A stretch of DNA of 64,000 bases, from IMG/VR virus record IMGVR_UViG_3300028172_000069, one strand, 5' to 3'. Below the pieces are notes generated by a model that saw only the letters and a program-made list of their open reading frames with translations, was not told the DNA's origin and searched no databases. Positions 35,919-45,229 of this stretch are shown in pieces. The position numbers and the translations under genes were made by a program. This DNA comes from a virus. Lineage: Duplodnaviria > Caudoviricetes. The stretch's first letter is position 1, and the number at the start of each line of letters is the position of its first letter.

Positions 35919-35950
35919 AAATGCAGGTCCCGTGCGGCCAAAGCAGGTTT

Positions 35951-36277
35951 TCAGGAAATTTGAGCGACGTGGTTTTCACCGAGCTGGATCAGCGCGTCGG
36001 AGATTTCCTCTGCTCCGATTTCAGCACTATCGGCAGAAGCGTGCGCACGATTGCGATGCAGTGTCGCTGCAATCTCGGCGCGCACGTGGTTCCACACCTT
36101 CGTGAACTCGGTCGGGTTGTTGCCGATGATAGCGTCGGCAAGTTGGTCGCCGGTCTTCTGGCTCAAGAAAGGCATGACGGTGCGCAGCATGACGCTTCGC
36201 TTGTTCTTCCCTTTCTTCCCACCCTTGCGAGCGAGTGCCAGCATGTTGCCAACGATCTTCAGGTCACGGTTATTCAT
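35951..36277 (-). CDS. Hypothetical protein
   Basis: GGAG RBS before MNNRDLK. Confidence 0.65.
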   Translation of the reverse strand: MNNRDLKIVGNMLALARKGGKKGKNKRSVMLRTVMPFLSQKTGDQLADAIIGNNPTEFTKVWNHVRAEIAATLHRNRAHASADSAEIGAEEISDALIQLGENHVAQIS

Positions 36278-36572
36278 TGATAGGCTCCACTTCGAGGTAA
36301 ATGATTTCGGCACCCTTGTTGCGCAAGGTCATGGTGCCAATGTCGAATTGCTGAACGAGTTCTGGATGCAGCTGGTCGGGCTTCAAGCCGTGCAGAACGA
36401 CACGCCCGATTGTACGGCCACGCAGCTTCACGGCTTCACCGAGTTGGTTACGCACACCCATCAGGTTGGGAAAGTTGTAGCTCGACTCTGGATATGGTGC
36501 ACGGTCACCCGGCTTGCGCACGATCACTGTGGTCACGGTGAGTTGCGGGTTTTCTTGCAGGATGGCTTCCAT
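36270..36572 (-). CDS. Hypothetical protein
   Basis: 100-aa operonic ORF. Confidence 0.65.
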   Translation of the reverse strand: MEAILQENPQLTVTTVIVRKPGDRAPYPESSYNFPNLMGVRNQLGEAVKLRGRTIGRVVLHGLKPDQLHPELVQQFDIGTMTLRNKGAEIIYLEVEPINE

Positions 36573-36584
36573 CTAGGTTTCCTA

Positions 36585-37697
36585 TCAGTAGAGTTTGAAC
36601 CCGTACGCCAACAGGCGCAGGGCTTCGGTGGGTTGCAGCACTCGGGTTGAAACGCTCCACTCAAGGCGTCGCGTGCTCGCGGTGATCTTGCGCTCCTTGT
36701 CACGCACCTTGAGAGCGAGGTTCCGCTTCTTGATAATGATGACGTCACCCGGCTCCACTTCGGAAAGCGATGGCGGCAGAATGACGTTAATGTCGCTGAT
36801 GGTTGTCAGGCGCTCATAGTCCAGAGCCATTTGCTCGGCGCTGATGTTCGCGATGATCTTTGGCACCGACAGGTCGAACTCGATCACGACGTGGGTGAAC
36901 TGCGAAGCCTTAACGAGAAACTCCAACGCCCGACCAGCATGTGCTTTGAAATCGCGCAGGCCCAGCAGCGTACCATCGGTGTTGAACAGCTTACCTTGTG
37001 GCAGGTACTGGATGTTGTCGCGCACGCTGAACGTTACGCCAGCGAAATACTTCGGCACGATGGTCTTGAACTTCACCCAGCCTTGGCCGATGCTGTGCGC
37101 CTTGAACTTGTGCGGCTGCTCGGTGCTGTCAAGGAAGAACCCATCAATGTCAGCCACTTCGTAGTTCGTGAACAGGAAGCGCTGCTTGCCATACGCTTTG
37201 TACGGCGGCACCATGCCTGTGCGGTAGCAGATGCCACAGTTTACGCTGCCGCCACCGAGCGCAGTATCGTCGTATTGCTGCGGCCCGTCGTCGATTTCCT
37301 CGAAGTGCGTGTGGCGTTCGCCGGTGACGTCAATCACCTCGTCGGCCGCATCGTTGAACACCTTCTCGGCAATCGACTCACCAAACACGTCGTCGTCCTG
37401 GAACTTCAACTTGATGCCGGAGTTGTCGCTGTGCTTGTGCGGAATCACAGGCGCCACGCCGGTGTCGTAGTCGTGCGACCCCAACGGCAGGACAGCCGTC
37501 TTCTCGCAGGTGCACGGCACACCGACGCGCTGCTGAATGCTGTAGTAGTCGACCTCCACACCGTCAACGGCCAGCGAGTTCTCCACCTGACGGTTGAAAG
37601 GTGCAACGGTTTCATCCAGCCTGCGCTGGGCAATGTCTTGCGTGAAGTTCTTGGCATTCACGCGACTGATCGTGCGGGTACCACGTTTGATCGCCAT
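36585..37697 (-). CDS. Probable virion neck/head-closure-like protein
   Basis: GAGGAG RBS; PCTC...CGICYRTG cysteine pattern seen in myophage neck proteins (weak recall). Confidence 0.55.
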   Translation of the reverse strand: MAIKRGTRTISRVNAKNFTQDIAQRRLDETVAPFNRQVENSLAVDGVEVDYYSIQQRVGVPCTCEKTAVLPLGSHDYDTGVAPVIPHKHSDNSGIKLKFQDDDVFGESIAEKVFNDAADEVIDVTGERHTHFEEIDDGPQQYDDTALGGGSVNCGICYRTGMVPPYKAYGKQRFLFTNYEVADIDGFFLDSTEQPHKFKAHSIGQGWVKFKTIVPKYFAGVTFSVRDNIQYLPQGKLFNTDGTLLGLRDFKAHAGRALEFLVKASQFTHVVIEFDLSVPKIIANISAEQMALDYERLTTISDINVILPPSLSEVEPGDVIIIKKRNLALKVRDKERKITASTRRLEWSVSTRVLQPTEALRLLAYGFKLY

Positions 37698-37786
37698 AGT
37701 GACTCTCCTCTTTGGGTAGTAAATTACTCCGTATGGTCGAGGTGCGAAATACTTATTTTGCCTCAAAGACTGATGGAGCGTTACCA

Positions 37787-38452
37787 ATGACTGAGTTACG
37801 CATCCTTGCAATGGACCCAGGCACCAGCAACTTCGCAGTGTCGATCATGCGCGTGCGGTACGTTCAGGGAAAGTTTCAATTCAAGTGCGAAGGCACGGCG
37901 ATGCTGGACAAGGCGCGCCTGCTCAAGGACATGAAGACCATGCGAGCCTCGCTCAAGCAGTTCGAGGACTACGTGCGCCCTTTGTTCGAAGGCCAGTATG
38001 ACATTTTCGTGGCTGAGCGCTTCCAAGCCCGTGGCGGCAAAGGTCCAACCATCGAATCGGTGAACTGCATGCTCGGCCGTATGGCTGGCATGAGCGAGCA
38101 CATCGAGACAGCAGACTTCATCACCGCTGGCGTCTGGAAGAACGAGTTCAACCGCCATGCAGACCTGAAGGAAATGTATCTGGACCTTGCTGAACTGCGC
38201 AAGGAGAACCGGGCCAACAAGCTGCCAGTGCCTATCGCCATTCACCAGCTGGACTCCATGTTGCTGGGTATCTACGCCGCGTGCAAGAAGCTTGGCATCA
38301 AGCCATTCAACTTCGTTAACACCCGTGCGAAGGAGGAGAAGCTCCTGCGTCGCCTGGCGTGCGCTCCGGCTCTCACCTGCCTTGCCCCAGCGCTCAAGGT
38401 TCCACGTCGCACAAGTCGGCGCAAAACCAAAAGTGTAAGGAAGCGTGCCTAA
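37787..38452 (+). CDS. RuvC-like Holliday junction resolvase
   Basis: ILAMDPGTSNFAVS, FVAERFQ, HQLDSML. Confidence 0.82.
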   Translation: MTELRILAMDPGTSNFAVSIMRVRYVQGKFQFKCEGTAMLDKARLLKDMKTMRASLKQFEDYVRPLFEGQYDIFVAERFQARGGKGPTIESVNCMLGRMAGMSEHIETADFITAGVWKNEFNRHADLKEMYLDLAELRKENRANKLPVPIAIHQLDSMLLGIYAACKKLGIKPFNFVNTRAKEEKLLRRLACAPALTCLAPALKVPRRTSRRKTKSVRKRA

Positions 38453-38502
38453 GGAACTGTAAAGGGAGACCAAGGAACGCTCAGGCGTTTAGGAGGTTTC
38501 CC

Positions 38503-39081
38503 ATGTTCAAATGTCCGCTCGACGAAGAGTACCGATTTCGGACTCAGTGTCGCATTACCACCTGCAAGATGTACAACGAGAAGACCAAGTGCAATTGCCT
38601 GAGCTTGGACACCAACTTCGCTGCTCACGATAAATCCATCAGTGACTCCGAGCTGGTCCTCTACAAGTTTCCAGACAAAACTCCGCGTGAGGTCTCCTCG
38701 ATACGCAAGCGCGCAGTCAGCCGAGTGCAGGCTGTCGTTGCGTTGCACACCCTCACCACAAAAATCCGTGCGAAGGAGCGACCTGAGGCGGGACTCAACA
38801 CCAAGCTGATGAAGCTGCTCTCTGGAGAAGCCAGAAGGTTGTTGAAGAAGTCCTTCCGCAGCAAGCTCTTCCGTATCAAACATCTGGACTTTGAAGTCTG
38901 GATGATCCCATTCGTGCTCGACAAAGAGTACGCAAACGAAGTCGTGCCTGATTTCGACCGCTTCGCCATCCATTTGCTTTTCCGATGGACTGCGAAGGAG
39001 CTTGAGATTGTTGCAGACTCCCTTAATGAAGCGAGGAACCATCGTGGCCAAAGTAAAATTCACTCCCAGAACCATTCGTGA
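38503..39081 (+). CDS. Hypothetical protein with Cys-rich N-terminus
   Basis: AGGAGG RBS; CP..C....C....CNC. Confidence 0.7.
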   Translation: MFKCPLDEEYRFRTQCRITTCKMYNEKTKCNCLSLDTNFAAHDKSISDSELVLYKFPDKTPREVSSIRKRAVSRVQAVVALHTLTTKIRAKERPEAGLNTKLMKLLSGEARRLLKKSFRSKLFRIKHLDFEVWMIPFVLDKEYANEVVPDFDRFAIHLLFRWTAKELEIVADSLNEARNHRGQSKIHSQNHS

Positions 39082-39649
39082 AGCTGAACGCGATACCGAC
39101 GACAGCCGCCTGTTCGTACTGAACCGCAGCAATCCTGCCGGTAACATCAACTTCAACGTCACCGACAGCGCTGGCGAGCGTATCGTGGTCAGCCTGCCGT
39201 TGACCTCGGCTCCTGTCGACCTGTCGAACTTCGTCGAGAAGGTGAGCATCCTGCGTAACCCGGACTTCCGTCGCATGGTCTCCAAGACCGCGATCGTCCT
39301 GATCGACAACGACGAAGCCGAGAAGTTCATCACCACCGACGAGCGCGGCATCGCCGAAACCAAGCGTATCTACCAGGTCATCGAAGGTGACGAAGACCTC
39401 GAAGCTGGCATGGCTCAGATCGCGCAAGACCTGAAGCTGAAAGCCAGCCTGGGCGTCGAGTCCGAAAACCCTTTCATCGAGTCCATCGTTCTGCGCTCGA
39501 AGAAAGACGAAGAAGACGTTGCCGACCTGATCAGCGAAGTGGACAGCAAGAAGCACACCCTGACCAAGGAAGACTTCGAGTACCTGGCCGCACACGCCGG
39601 TCACAGCGACCTGAAGGAATACGCCAGCTCCGAGCTGGAAGACCTGTAA
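39044..39649 (+). CDS. Hypothetical protein
   Basis: GAGG RBS, GTG start, strong codon bias. Confidence 0.75.
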   Translation: MAKVKFTPRTIREAERDTDDSRLFVLNRSNPAGNINFNVTDSAGERIVVSLPLTSAPVDLSNFVEKVSILRNPDFRRMVSKTAIVLIDNDEAEKFITTDERGIAETKRIYQVIEGDEDLEAGMAQIAQDLKLKASLGVESENPFIESIVLRSKKDEEDVADLISEVDSKKHTLTKEDFEYLAAHAGHSDLKEYASSELEDL

Positions 39650-39668
39650 CGTCGGCGTTCGCGCAAAG

Positions 39669-39698
39669 AAAAGGGAGACCATGTGGTCTCCCTTTTTT
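39669..39698. terminator. Bidirectional terminator between convergent genes
   Basis: AAAAGGGAGACC-ATGT-GGTCTCCCTTTTTT. Confidence 0.9.
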
Positions 39699-39768
39699 AG
39701 GTCTCCGATTGGAGAAAAGTTTGTAGATTGGACGCCAAAAAATAGGGAGGCCAAACGAATGGTCCTCC

Positions 39769-40038
39769 CTATAATGGATACAGCAACATATCGAGCCAAC
39801 CACTTCGCACCTTGAACATGATGCCAAACGTTCTGCCCACTATGCGGTGGTAATTGAACTCAAGGTAATCAACCCTCCTTCGTATTTCGTCCTCCTCATG
39901 TTTCGTGACTTGCACATTCCGATATTCTCGAAACAGCGTGGTCATATCTTCCAGCAGGCACCGATGATAGTCCCTGCTGATCTGCGAATCACTCAAACTT
40001 CCGATGTTCAGCCTGTCCGCGTTTGTTAGCTCAATCAC
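39769..40038 (-). CDS. Hypothetical protein
   Basis: Probable GTG start overlapping the primase stop (track starts at 40113). Confidence 0.55.
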   Translation of the reverse strand: MIELTNADRLNIGSLSDSQISRDYHRCLLEDMTTLFREYRNVQVTKHEEDEIRRRVDYLEFNYHRIVGRTFGIMFKVRSGWLDMLLYPL

Positions 40039-41050
40039 GATAGACGATCTTTTTGACTTGGTCGATGATCTTTTGCGAGGCGTTGTCTGGGTCGAGCTTA
40101 ATGAGTTCACCATTCTTGTCAGTCTTCCTTGGGAGCTTCAGGTACTCGCAAGGAATGCCCGCTTCCTCCGCAAACTCTTTCACCAGCTTCGCCATCTTGC
40201 GACCCGCGTTGTCATTATCCGGCATGACGAACAGGCGCTTGATACCAAGTGACACGATCAACTGCATTTTCTTCTTGTCCATCATGTTCGCACCCAAAAT
40301 ACCCAGAGCAGGAATCTTGTTGCGCATCATGCGAAGCCAGTCACGTGGACCTTCGACAAGTACCAGCGAGTCGCAGCCCCAGAGCTTCTTCTTGTCGATG
40401 TAGTCGTAGCCTAGCAGCCCGTAAGACTTTACCCAGTCACCTGTGGTTGTCAGGTAGGACAGCCCGTTCTTTTGCTTCTCGAAGAACGCCCGAACACCGC
40501 CGCGATACCGTCCGTTAGTGTAAACAGGAAAGACCAACATCAGTTCCCCGCCGTCCATCTTGGTACGACGTTCTTCGTTGTAGCAGTAGCCGCCAATGCG
40601 ATGCACCAGCTTGCCTGGGTACGAACGCCACTCGCGCTCTTTGGGCCATGGGATTACGGCGTTACCTACTTCGTCAAACAGTCGCTGGATCGACAGGTTG
40701 TTGGCACCCATCATTTCCATCTTGCGCTTCTCGAAGCGTTTCTTACCGCCTTCCGTATTCCCCTCGAAGTGCTGCCACTTCTTAACCGAAGTCAGTCCAG
40801 CCTTCTCAGCAAACTTGTTCCACCCACCGTACTCGCCACAGCCGAAGCAGTAGAACGAACCTATTGGAACGTCCGCTTCGTTGCTCAGGTTGATCGAACA
40901 GGAGGGTGTATTCTCGTCGTGGAAAGGACACAGCACATGGACGTTATTGCCCATCTCTTTGGTACGACCGCCGTACGTCTCCAGCTCACCAGTAACGTGA
41001 GTCAGGGCGTCTACGATCTGGTCAACCACCTTCTCAGTCTTCTTAGCCAT
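40031..41050 (-). CDS. dnaG: DNA primase (CHC2 zinc finger + TOPRIM)
   Basis: CPFHDENTPS...FYCFGCG; LVEGPRD; MPDNDNAG. Confidence 0.93.
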   Translation of the reverse strand: MAKKTEKVVDQIVDALTHVTGELETYGGRTKEMGNNVHVLCPFHDENTPSCSINLSNEADVPIGSFYCFGCGEYGGWNKFAEKAGLTSVKKWQHFEGNTEGGKKRFEKRKMEMMGANNLSIQRLFDEVGNAVIPWPKEREWRSYPGKLVHRIGGYCYNEERRTKMDGGELMLVFPVYTNGRYRGGVRAFFEKQKNGLSYLTTTGDWVKSYGLLGYDYIDKKKLWGCDSLVLVEGPRDWLRMMRNKIPALGILGANMMDKKKMQLIVSLGIKRLFVMPDNDNAGRKMAKLVKEFAEEAGIPCEYLKLPRKTDKNGELIKLDPDNASQKIIDQVKKIVYRD

Positions 41051-41109
41051 AGTAGCCACAAATCGTCTAATTTCTCTCTGTTTACAGAAAAACACGCATA
41101 AGGATAGCT

Positions 41110-42147
41110 ATGTTTTCCTCAATCAGCCCCAAGACTCTCTGGAGCGGGATAGCTAGACCCAGTGTCGTGAAGGCCTCACTGTTCGGTGAAATGTACGAGA
41201 AGACCATGGATACGGAGATTGTGACCGACTACGGTCGCGGTCCAGAGTATCGGCCATCGTCGTTTCCAGGCTGCCCAATTCATCACTTGATGCGCTTTGC
41301 CGCAGGTGCTCACCTCGGATTCTTTCGCGGTCGCATGACTGCATCCGGTGGTTACTTCACCTCTGTCGGTACAGCAGCGCACGAGAACATCCAGTATTAC
41401 ATCGGCCAGACTGGTAAGGTCTGGGGTGACTGGAAGTGCAAAAACCCAACCTGCCAGAAGCGCCACGACGCACAGGACTTGTTTGACGAAAAAGGCAAGT
41501 GCTGGCGCAAGGGTATTCTGACCCGCAAGAACACCACGAACAACAAGTGCCCCAAGTGCAAGCACCCAATGGAGTACGTTGAGAAGTGCATCAACTACAA
41601 CGGCCTCAAAGGCCACATCGACGCCATCGTCAAACTCGCTGGTGGCGGTTGGTGGGTTGCTGACTACAAGACCTGCACCAAGAACAAGCTCAAGAAGAAA
41701 TCGGAGCTGCCGCACAAGGCTCACTTGAAGCAGATTCCCACGTATTGCTACGTGCTGGAGAAGAAGTACAAAATGCCCATCAAGGGGTTCAGCGTCCTCT
41801 ACCTGAGTCGTGACAACCCCTTCGAGTTCCATGAACACGCTGAGTTCTGGAATGATCGCTGGCGCGAGCGTGTGCGCAAGGTCATCAGCACCGAGAAGCG
41901 GAAGTTTCAGGCGGGCGTCGCAGCATTCAAGAACCGTGATCCGAAGATCGCCATCAAGTCCAAGCCATGCAGTTGTCAGGCGGAGTACGAGCGGGAGATT
42001 GACTTCTACGACCCGTGCCCGTACCTCGACATATGCTTCAAGCCCGGACTGGAGAAACACCTGAAGCTCATGCTCAAAGAGTTCCCGTATACTGACAAGG
42101 CACGGGATCGAATAATTGCACGCCTACCAATTGAGGTAACCTCATGA
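41110..42147 (+). CDS. Cas4-like PD-(D/E)xK exonuclease
   Basis: RPSSFPGC, GTAAHE, GHIDA...ADYKT, QIPTY, C-terminal C.C......CPY..IC. Confidence 0.82.
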   Translation: MFSSISPKTLWSGIARPSVVKASLFGEMYEKTMDTEIVTDYGRGPEYRPSSFPGCPIHHLMRFAAGAHLGFFRGRMTASGGYFTSVGTAAHENIQYYIGQTGKVWGDWKCKNPTCQKRHDAQDLFDEKGKCWRKGILTRKNTTNNKCPKCKHPMEYVEKCINYNGLKGHIDAIVKLAGGGWWVADYKTCTKNKLKKKSELPHKAHLKQIPTYCYVLEKKYKMPIKGFSVLYLSRDNPFEFHEHAEFWNDRWRERVRKVISTEKRKFQAGVAAFKNRDPKIAIKSKPCSCQAEYEREIDFYDPCPYLDICFKPGLEKHLKLMLKEFPYTDKARDRIIARLPIEVTS

Positions 42148-42614
42148 AGCTCACCTTCCCACTTGCTGCCGAAGCAAACTCCAATATGTACGCCACCGTC
42201 GATCAACGGGCTGGGCGCGCACAGCAACTCCTGCCCAGCGACGAGGAGCTTGCTGAAATCGAGAAGCGCCGCGCTGAGGAAGAGGCGGAGAACAAGCGCA
42301 AGGCAGTGAAGAAGAAACCTGCCGGCACCACCGACAAGGAAGACGAAGGCGACGATGAATCCGCCGACGACGACAAAGACGTTGGTGATGACGACGAAGA
42401 TTCTGACGATGATGCCAGCGATGAAGACGACGCTGGTGATGACGACGAAGGCGAAGAAGGTGATGAAGACGACGAGGAAGAAACCGAAGAGGCCGAAGCA
42501 TCTGCACAACCTCGCAAGGTCGCTCGTGGTCAGACTCCCCACTTCGTCCACATGGATACTGCGGGCTTCCTGCCCAAGGATCAAAAACCACGTCGCGTAA
42601 ATCGCGGCGAATAA
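42144..42614 (+). CDS. Acidic low-complexity protein
   Basis: D/E-rich central tract. Confidence 0.7.
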   Translation: MKLTFPLAAEANSNMYATVDQRAGRAQQLLPSDEELAEIEKRRAEEEAENKRKAVKKKPAGTTDKEDEGDDESADDDKDVGDDDEDSDDDASDEDDAGDDDEGEEGDEDDEEETEEAEASAQPRKVARGQTPHFVHMDTAGFLPKDQKPRRVNRGE

Positions 42615-42629
42615 CAGAGGGTCACCCGA

Positions 42630-43121
42630 ATGAAGATCAGTGTTCCAATGAACGTCGAAGTGAACGCAGCAGGCGGTCGCCACGAAGCTCTCGCAGCCGT
42701 TGGCAGCAATATCGTCTCTGGCTTCCCCGGCATTGGCAAGTCGACCGTGTTCCGGGATGAACGCCTGCGCGTTGCGGACAGTGACTCGTCCACCTTCGAC
42801 AAGACGCACTTTCCTGCAAACTACATCGAGCACATCCAGAAGACGGCGCCCACCGTCGACTACATCCTGGTCTCCAGCCACGATGTGGTGCGCGCTGCGC
42901 TGGTTGAGCAGAACATGCCCTTCGTTCTGGTGTACCCGTCGCGTGACCAGAAGACCGACTACCTGAAGCGCTACGTTGAGCGCGGCTCTCCGGCGGCGTT
43001 CATCAAGCTCATGGACGAGAAGTGGGACGACTTCCTTGCCCAGTGCGAAAAGCAGACTGGTTGCGTCCACCTCGTACTGCAACCCGGCCAATATCTGGCT
43101 GACGTTATTTACGCCCAGTGA
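42630..43121 (+). CDS. Small P-loop NTPase/kinase-like protein
   Basis: IVSGFPGIGKST Walker A. Confidence 0.75.
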   Translation: MKISVPMNVEVNAAGGRHEALAAVGSNIVSGFPGIGKSTVFRDERLRVADSDSSTFDKTHFPANYIEHIQKTAPTVDYILVSSHDVVRAALVEQNMPFVLVYPSRDQKTDYLKRYVERGSPAAFIKLMDEKWDDFLAQCEKQTGCVHLVLQPGQYLADVIYAQ

Positions 43122-43129
43122 TCGAAGAC

Positions 43130-43153
43130 AAGCCCAGCCTCGTGCTGGGTTTT
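43130..43153 (+). terminator. Rho-independent terminator
   Basis: AAGCCCAGC-CTCGT-GCTGGGTTTT. Confidence 0.75.
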
Positions 43154-43213
43154 GTCATTTTCACGGTTACTGTAAACCACTTGAAAGCACCCATCATCAA
43201 CCGAGCATCGAAC

Positions 43214-45229
43214 ATGGCAAAAGACAAGGTCAAGAAGCGTAAGTCCGCTTCGCAGGACGGCTTCATCATTGCCGAAGGCCTGAACGGCATCCGGCTGAAC
43301 CCAACAATGTACCTCGGTAACCTTGGCCACGACATGGCCTACCGAGTCATCAAAGAAGAAGTGGACAACGCCTACGACGAAGCAGTCGCTGGTCGCAACA
43401 AGTTGATCGAGGTGATCCTCGACTACGACGCCGACTTCCACATCGTGGCTGACGCCGCCGGTGGTATCCCCACCGACTACAAGAAGCTGGAAGACGGCAG
43501 CAAAGAGACCATCATGACGGCAGCGTTCACTCGCGCCCATGCTGGTGGCAAGTTCAACAGCGATGCGTACAAGACCTCGGCGGGTACTCACGGTGTTGGT
43601 GTTGCAGCCGTGAACGCCGTGTGCGAGTCCCTGCGTGTCTGGTCGATGTACAAGGGCAAGTGCGCGTTCCAGTCGTACTCGAAAGGCAAGATCACCACCG
43701 AAGGCAAAGACCCAGTCAAGGTCAAAGGTGTTGACAAGGACGTCGCGTCCCGCCTTTCGATGAAAGCTGCGAAGTACGGCACCATCATCGCCGGCCAGCT
43801 TGACCAGACCGTGGTGAGCGAGTCTGCACGTCGCGGCAAAGCCCTGCCTAAGGACTATGTCCATGCCCGTCCGCAAGCGAAAGCCGTTGCGCACTGGTTG
43901 AAGAACATGGCCAACTTGAACCCAGGTCTGGAGATTCGCTTCTCCGTGATCAAGGGCAAGCAGCGCAAGGACTTCAAGTTCATCAACAAGAAGGACCTGG
44001 CCTGGGTCCCGAAAGCCATGTGTGACGAGCGCGAACTCAACACCATCGGCAAGCCGTTGACGTTCAAGTCCGACAACATCAGTTGCACCGTCGTCTGGGC
44101 AGATCATCCAGACAGCGACAACTTCCTGACGTTCGTAAACACCTCGCCGACTGTCGATGGTGGCTGGCACGTCACTGGCTTCACCGCTGCACTCATGGCT
44201 GCAATCAAGCCTTACCTGCCAGCGCCGAAGAAGACCAAGAAGGGTTCGAGCAACGGCTTCTCCAGCAGCGACTTGCTTATCGGTCTGGTCGGTATGTTTG
44301 ACTGGCGGATGCACGGCGCCATGTACACCTCGCAGGTGAAAGACAAGCTGGCATCGAAGGTGGACAAAGAAGTTCAGACCGTCATGTTCCCAGTGTTCGA
44401 GAAATACTTCGAGCAGAACAAGAAGGTCGCTACCACGATCATCAAGCGCGCCCAGGCAATGAACAAGGGCCGTGAAGAACTCGCCGCCGTTGTCAAGTCG
44501 ATGGCTGATGTGAAGAAAGGTGCCAAGGGTGCCAGCCTTCCGTCCGTGCTTGCAATGGCAGACAAGGCGAAGCCTGAACACCGCGAACTCTTCCTCGTAG
44601 AAGGTGACTCGGCAGCAGGTACCGCGATCAATGCCCGCAACTCCGACTATCAGGAAGTGCTAGGTGCTGGCGGTAAGCCACTGAACGCCCTCAAGGCTGC
44701 GCTCGCGAAAGTTCTCGGTCACGAAGAAGTCCAGAACATGCTGATTGCCATGGGTGCCGATATCAAGACCCTGGACCCTAAAGCAGAAGCGCCGGTCATC
44801 AGTACCGACAACCTGCGTACGGCCAACTTGATCTTCCTCGTCGACCCGGACCCGGACGGCGGCCACATCGCTGTGCTGTTCCTCGCTGCGATCTACCGCT
44901 TGATGCCGAACCTGTTCCGTGAAGGTCGCGTCTGGTGCGTGTTCGCTCCGCTGTATGCCTGCCTGCATGACGGCAAACTCTACGGCGGCATGACCTTCCA
45001 AGAGTGTCGCGCTGCGGCTCCGAAGGCTGTAAAAGACAAAGACATTACCCGTATCAAGGGCTGGGGTGAGGTTGACGAAACCTACCTCGAACCGATTGCA
45101 TTCAACCCGAAGACGCGCAAACTCATCCGCATCAACCCGTTCCAAGACCACGAGCAAGAGTTGTGGTTCCGCGGTGTTGTTGCTGAGGACGCTGTGTATC
45201 GTCGTCGCCTGCTGGGGCTGGAAGACTGA
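43214..45229 (+). CDS. gyrB: Type IIA topoisomerase B subunit (GyrB/ParE-like)
   Basis: IRLNPTMYLG, EEVDNAYDE, HAGGKF, GTHGVG, LVEGDSAAG, DPDPDGGH, IKGWGE. Confidence 0.95.
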   Translation: MAKDKVKKRKSASQDGFIIAEGLNGIRLNPTMYLGNLGHDMAYRVIKEEVDNAYDEAVAGRNKLIEVILDYDADFHIVADAAGGIPTDYKKLEDGSKETIMTAAFTRAHAGGKFNSDAYKTSAGTHGVGVAAVNAVCESLRVWSMYKGKCAFQSYSKGKITTEGKDPVKVKGVDKDVASRLSMKAAKYGTIIAGQLDQTVVSESARRGKALPKDYVHARPQAKAVAHWLKNMANLNPGLEIRFSVIKGKQRKDFKFINKKDLAWVPKAMCDERELNTIGKPLTFKSDNISCTVVWADHPDSDNFLTFVNTSPTVDGGWHVTGFTAALMAAIKPYLPAPKKTKKGSSNGFSSSDLLIGLVGMFDWRMHGAMYTSQVKDKLASKVDKEVQTVMFPVFEKYFEQNKKVATTIIKRAQAMNKGREELAAVVKSMADVKKGAKGASLPSVLAMADKAKPEHRELFLVEGDSAAGTAINARNSDYQEVLGAGGKPLNALKAALAKVLGHEEVQNMLIAMGADIKTLDPKAEAPVISTDNLRTANLIFLVDPDPDGGHIAVLFLAAIYRLMPNLFREGRVWCVFAPLYACLHDGKLYGGMTFQECRAAAPKAVKDKDITRIKGWGEVDETYLEPIAFNPKTRKLIRINPFQDHEQELWFRGVVAEDAVYRRRLLGLED

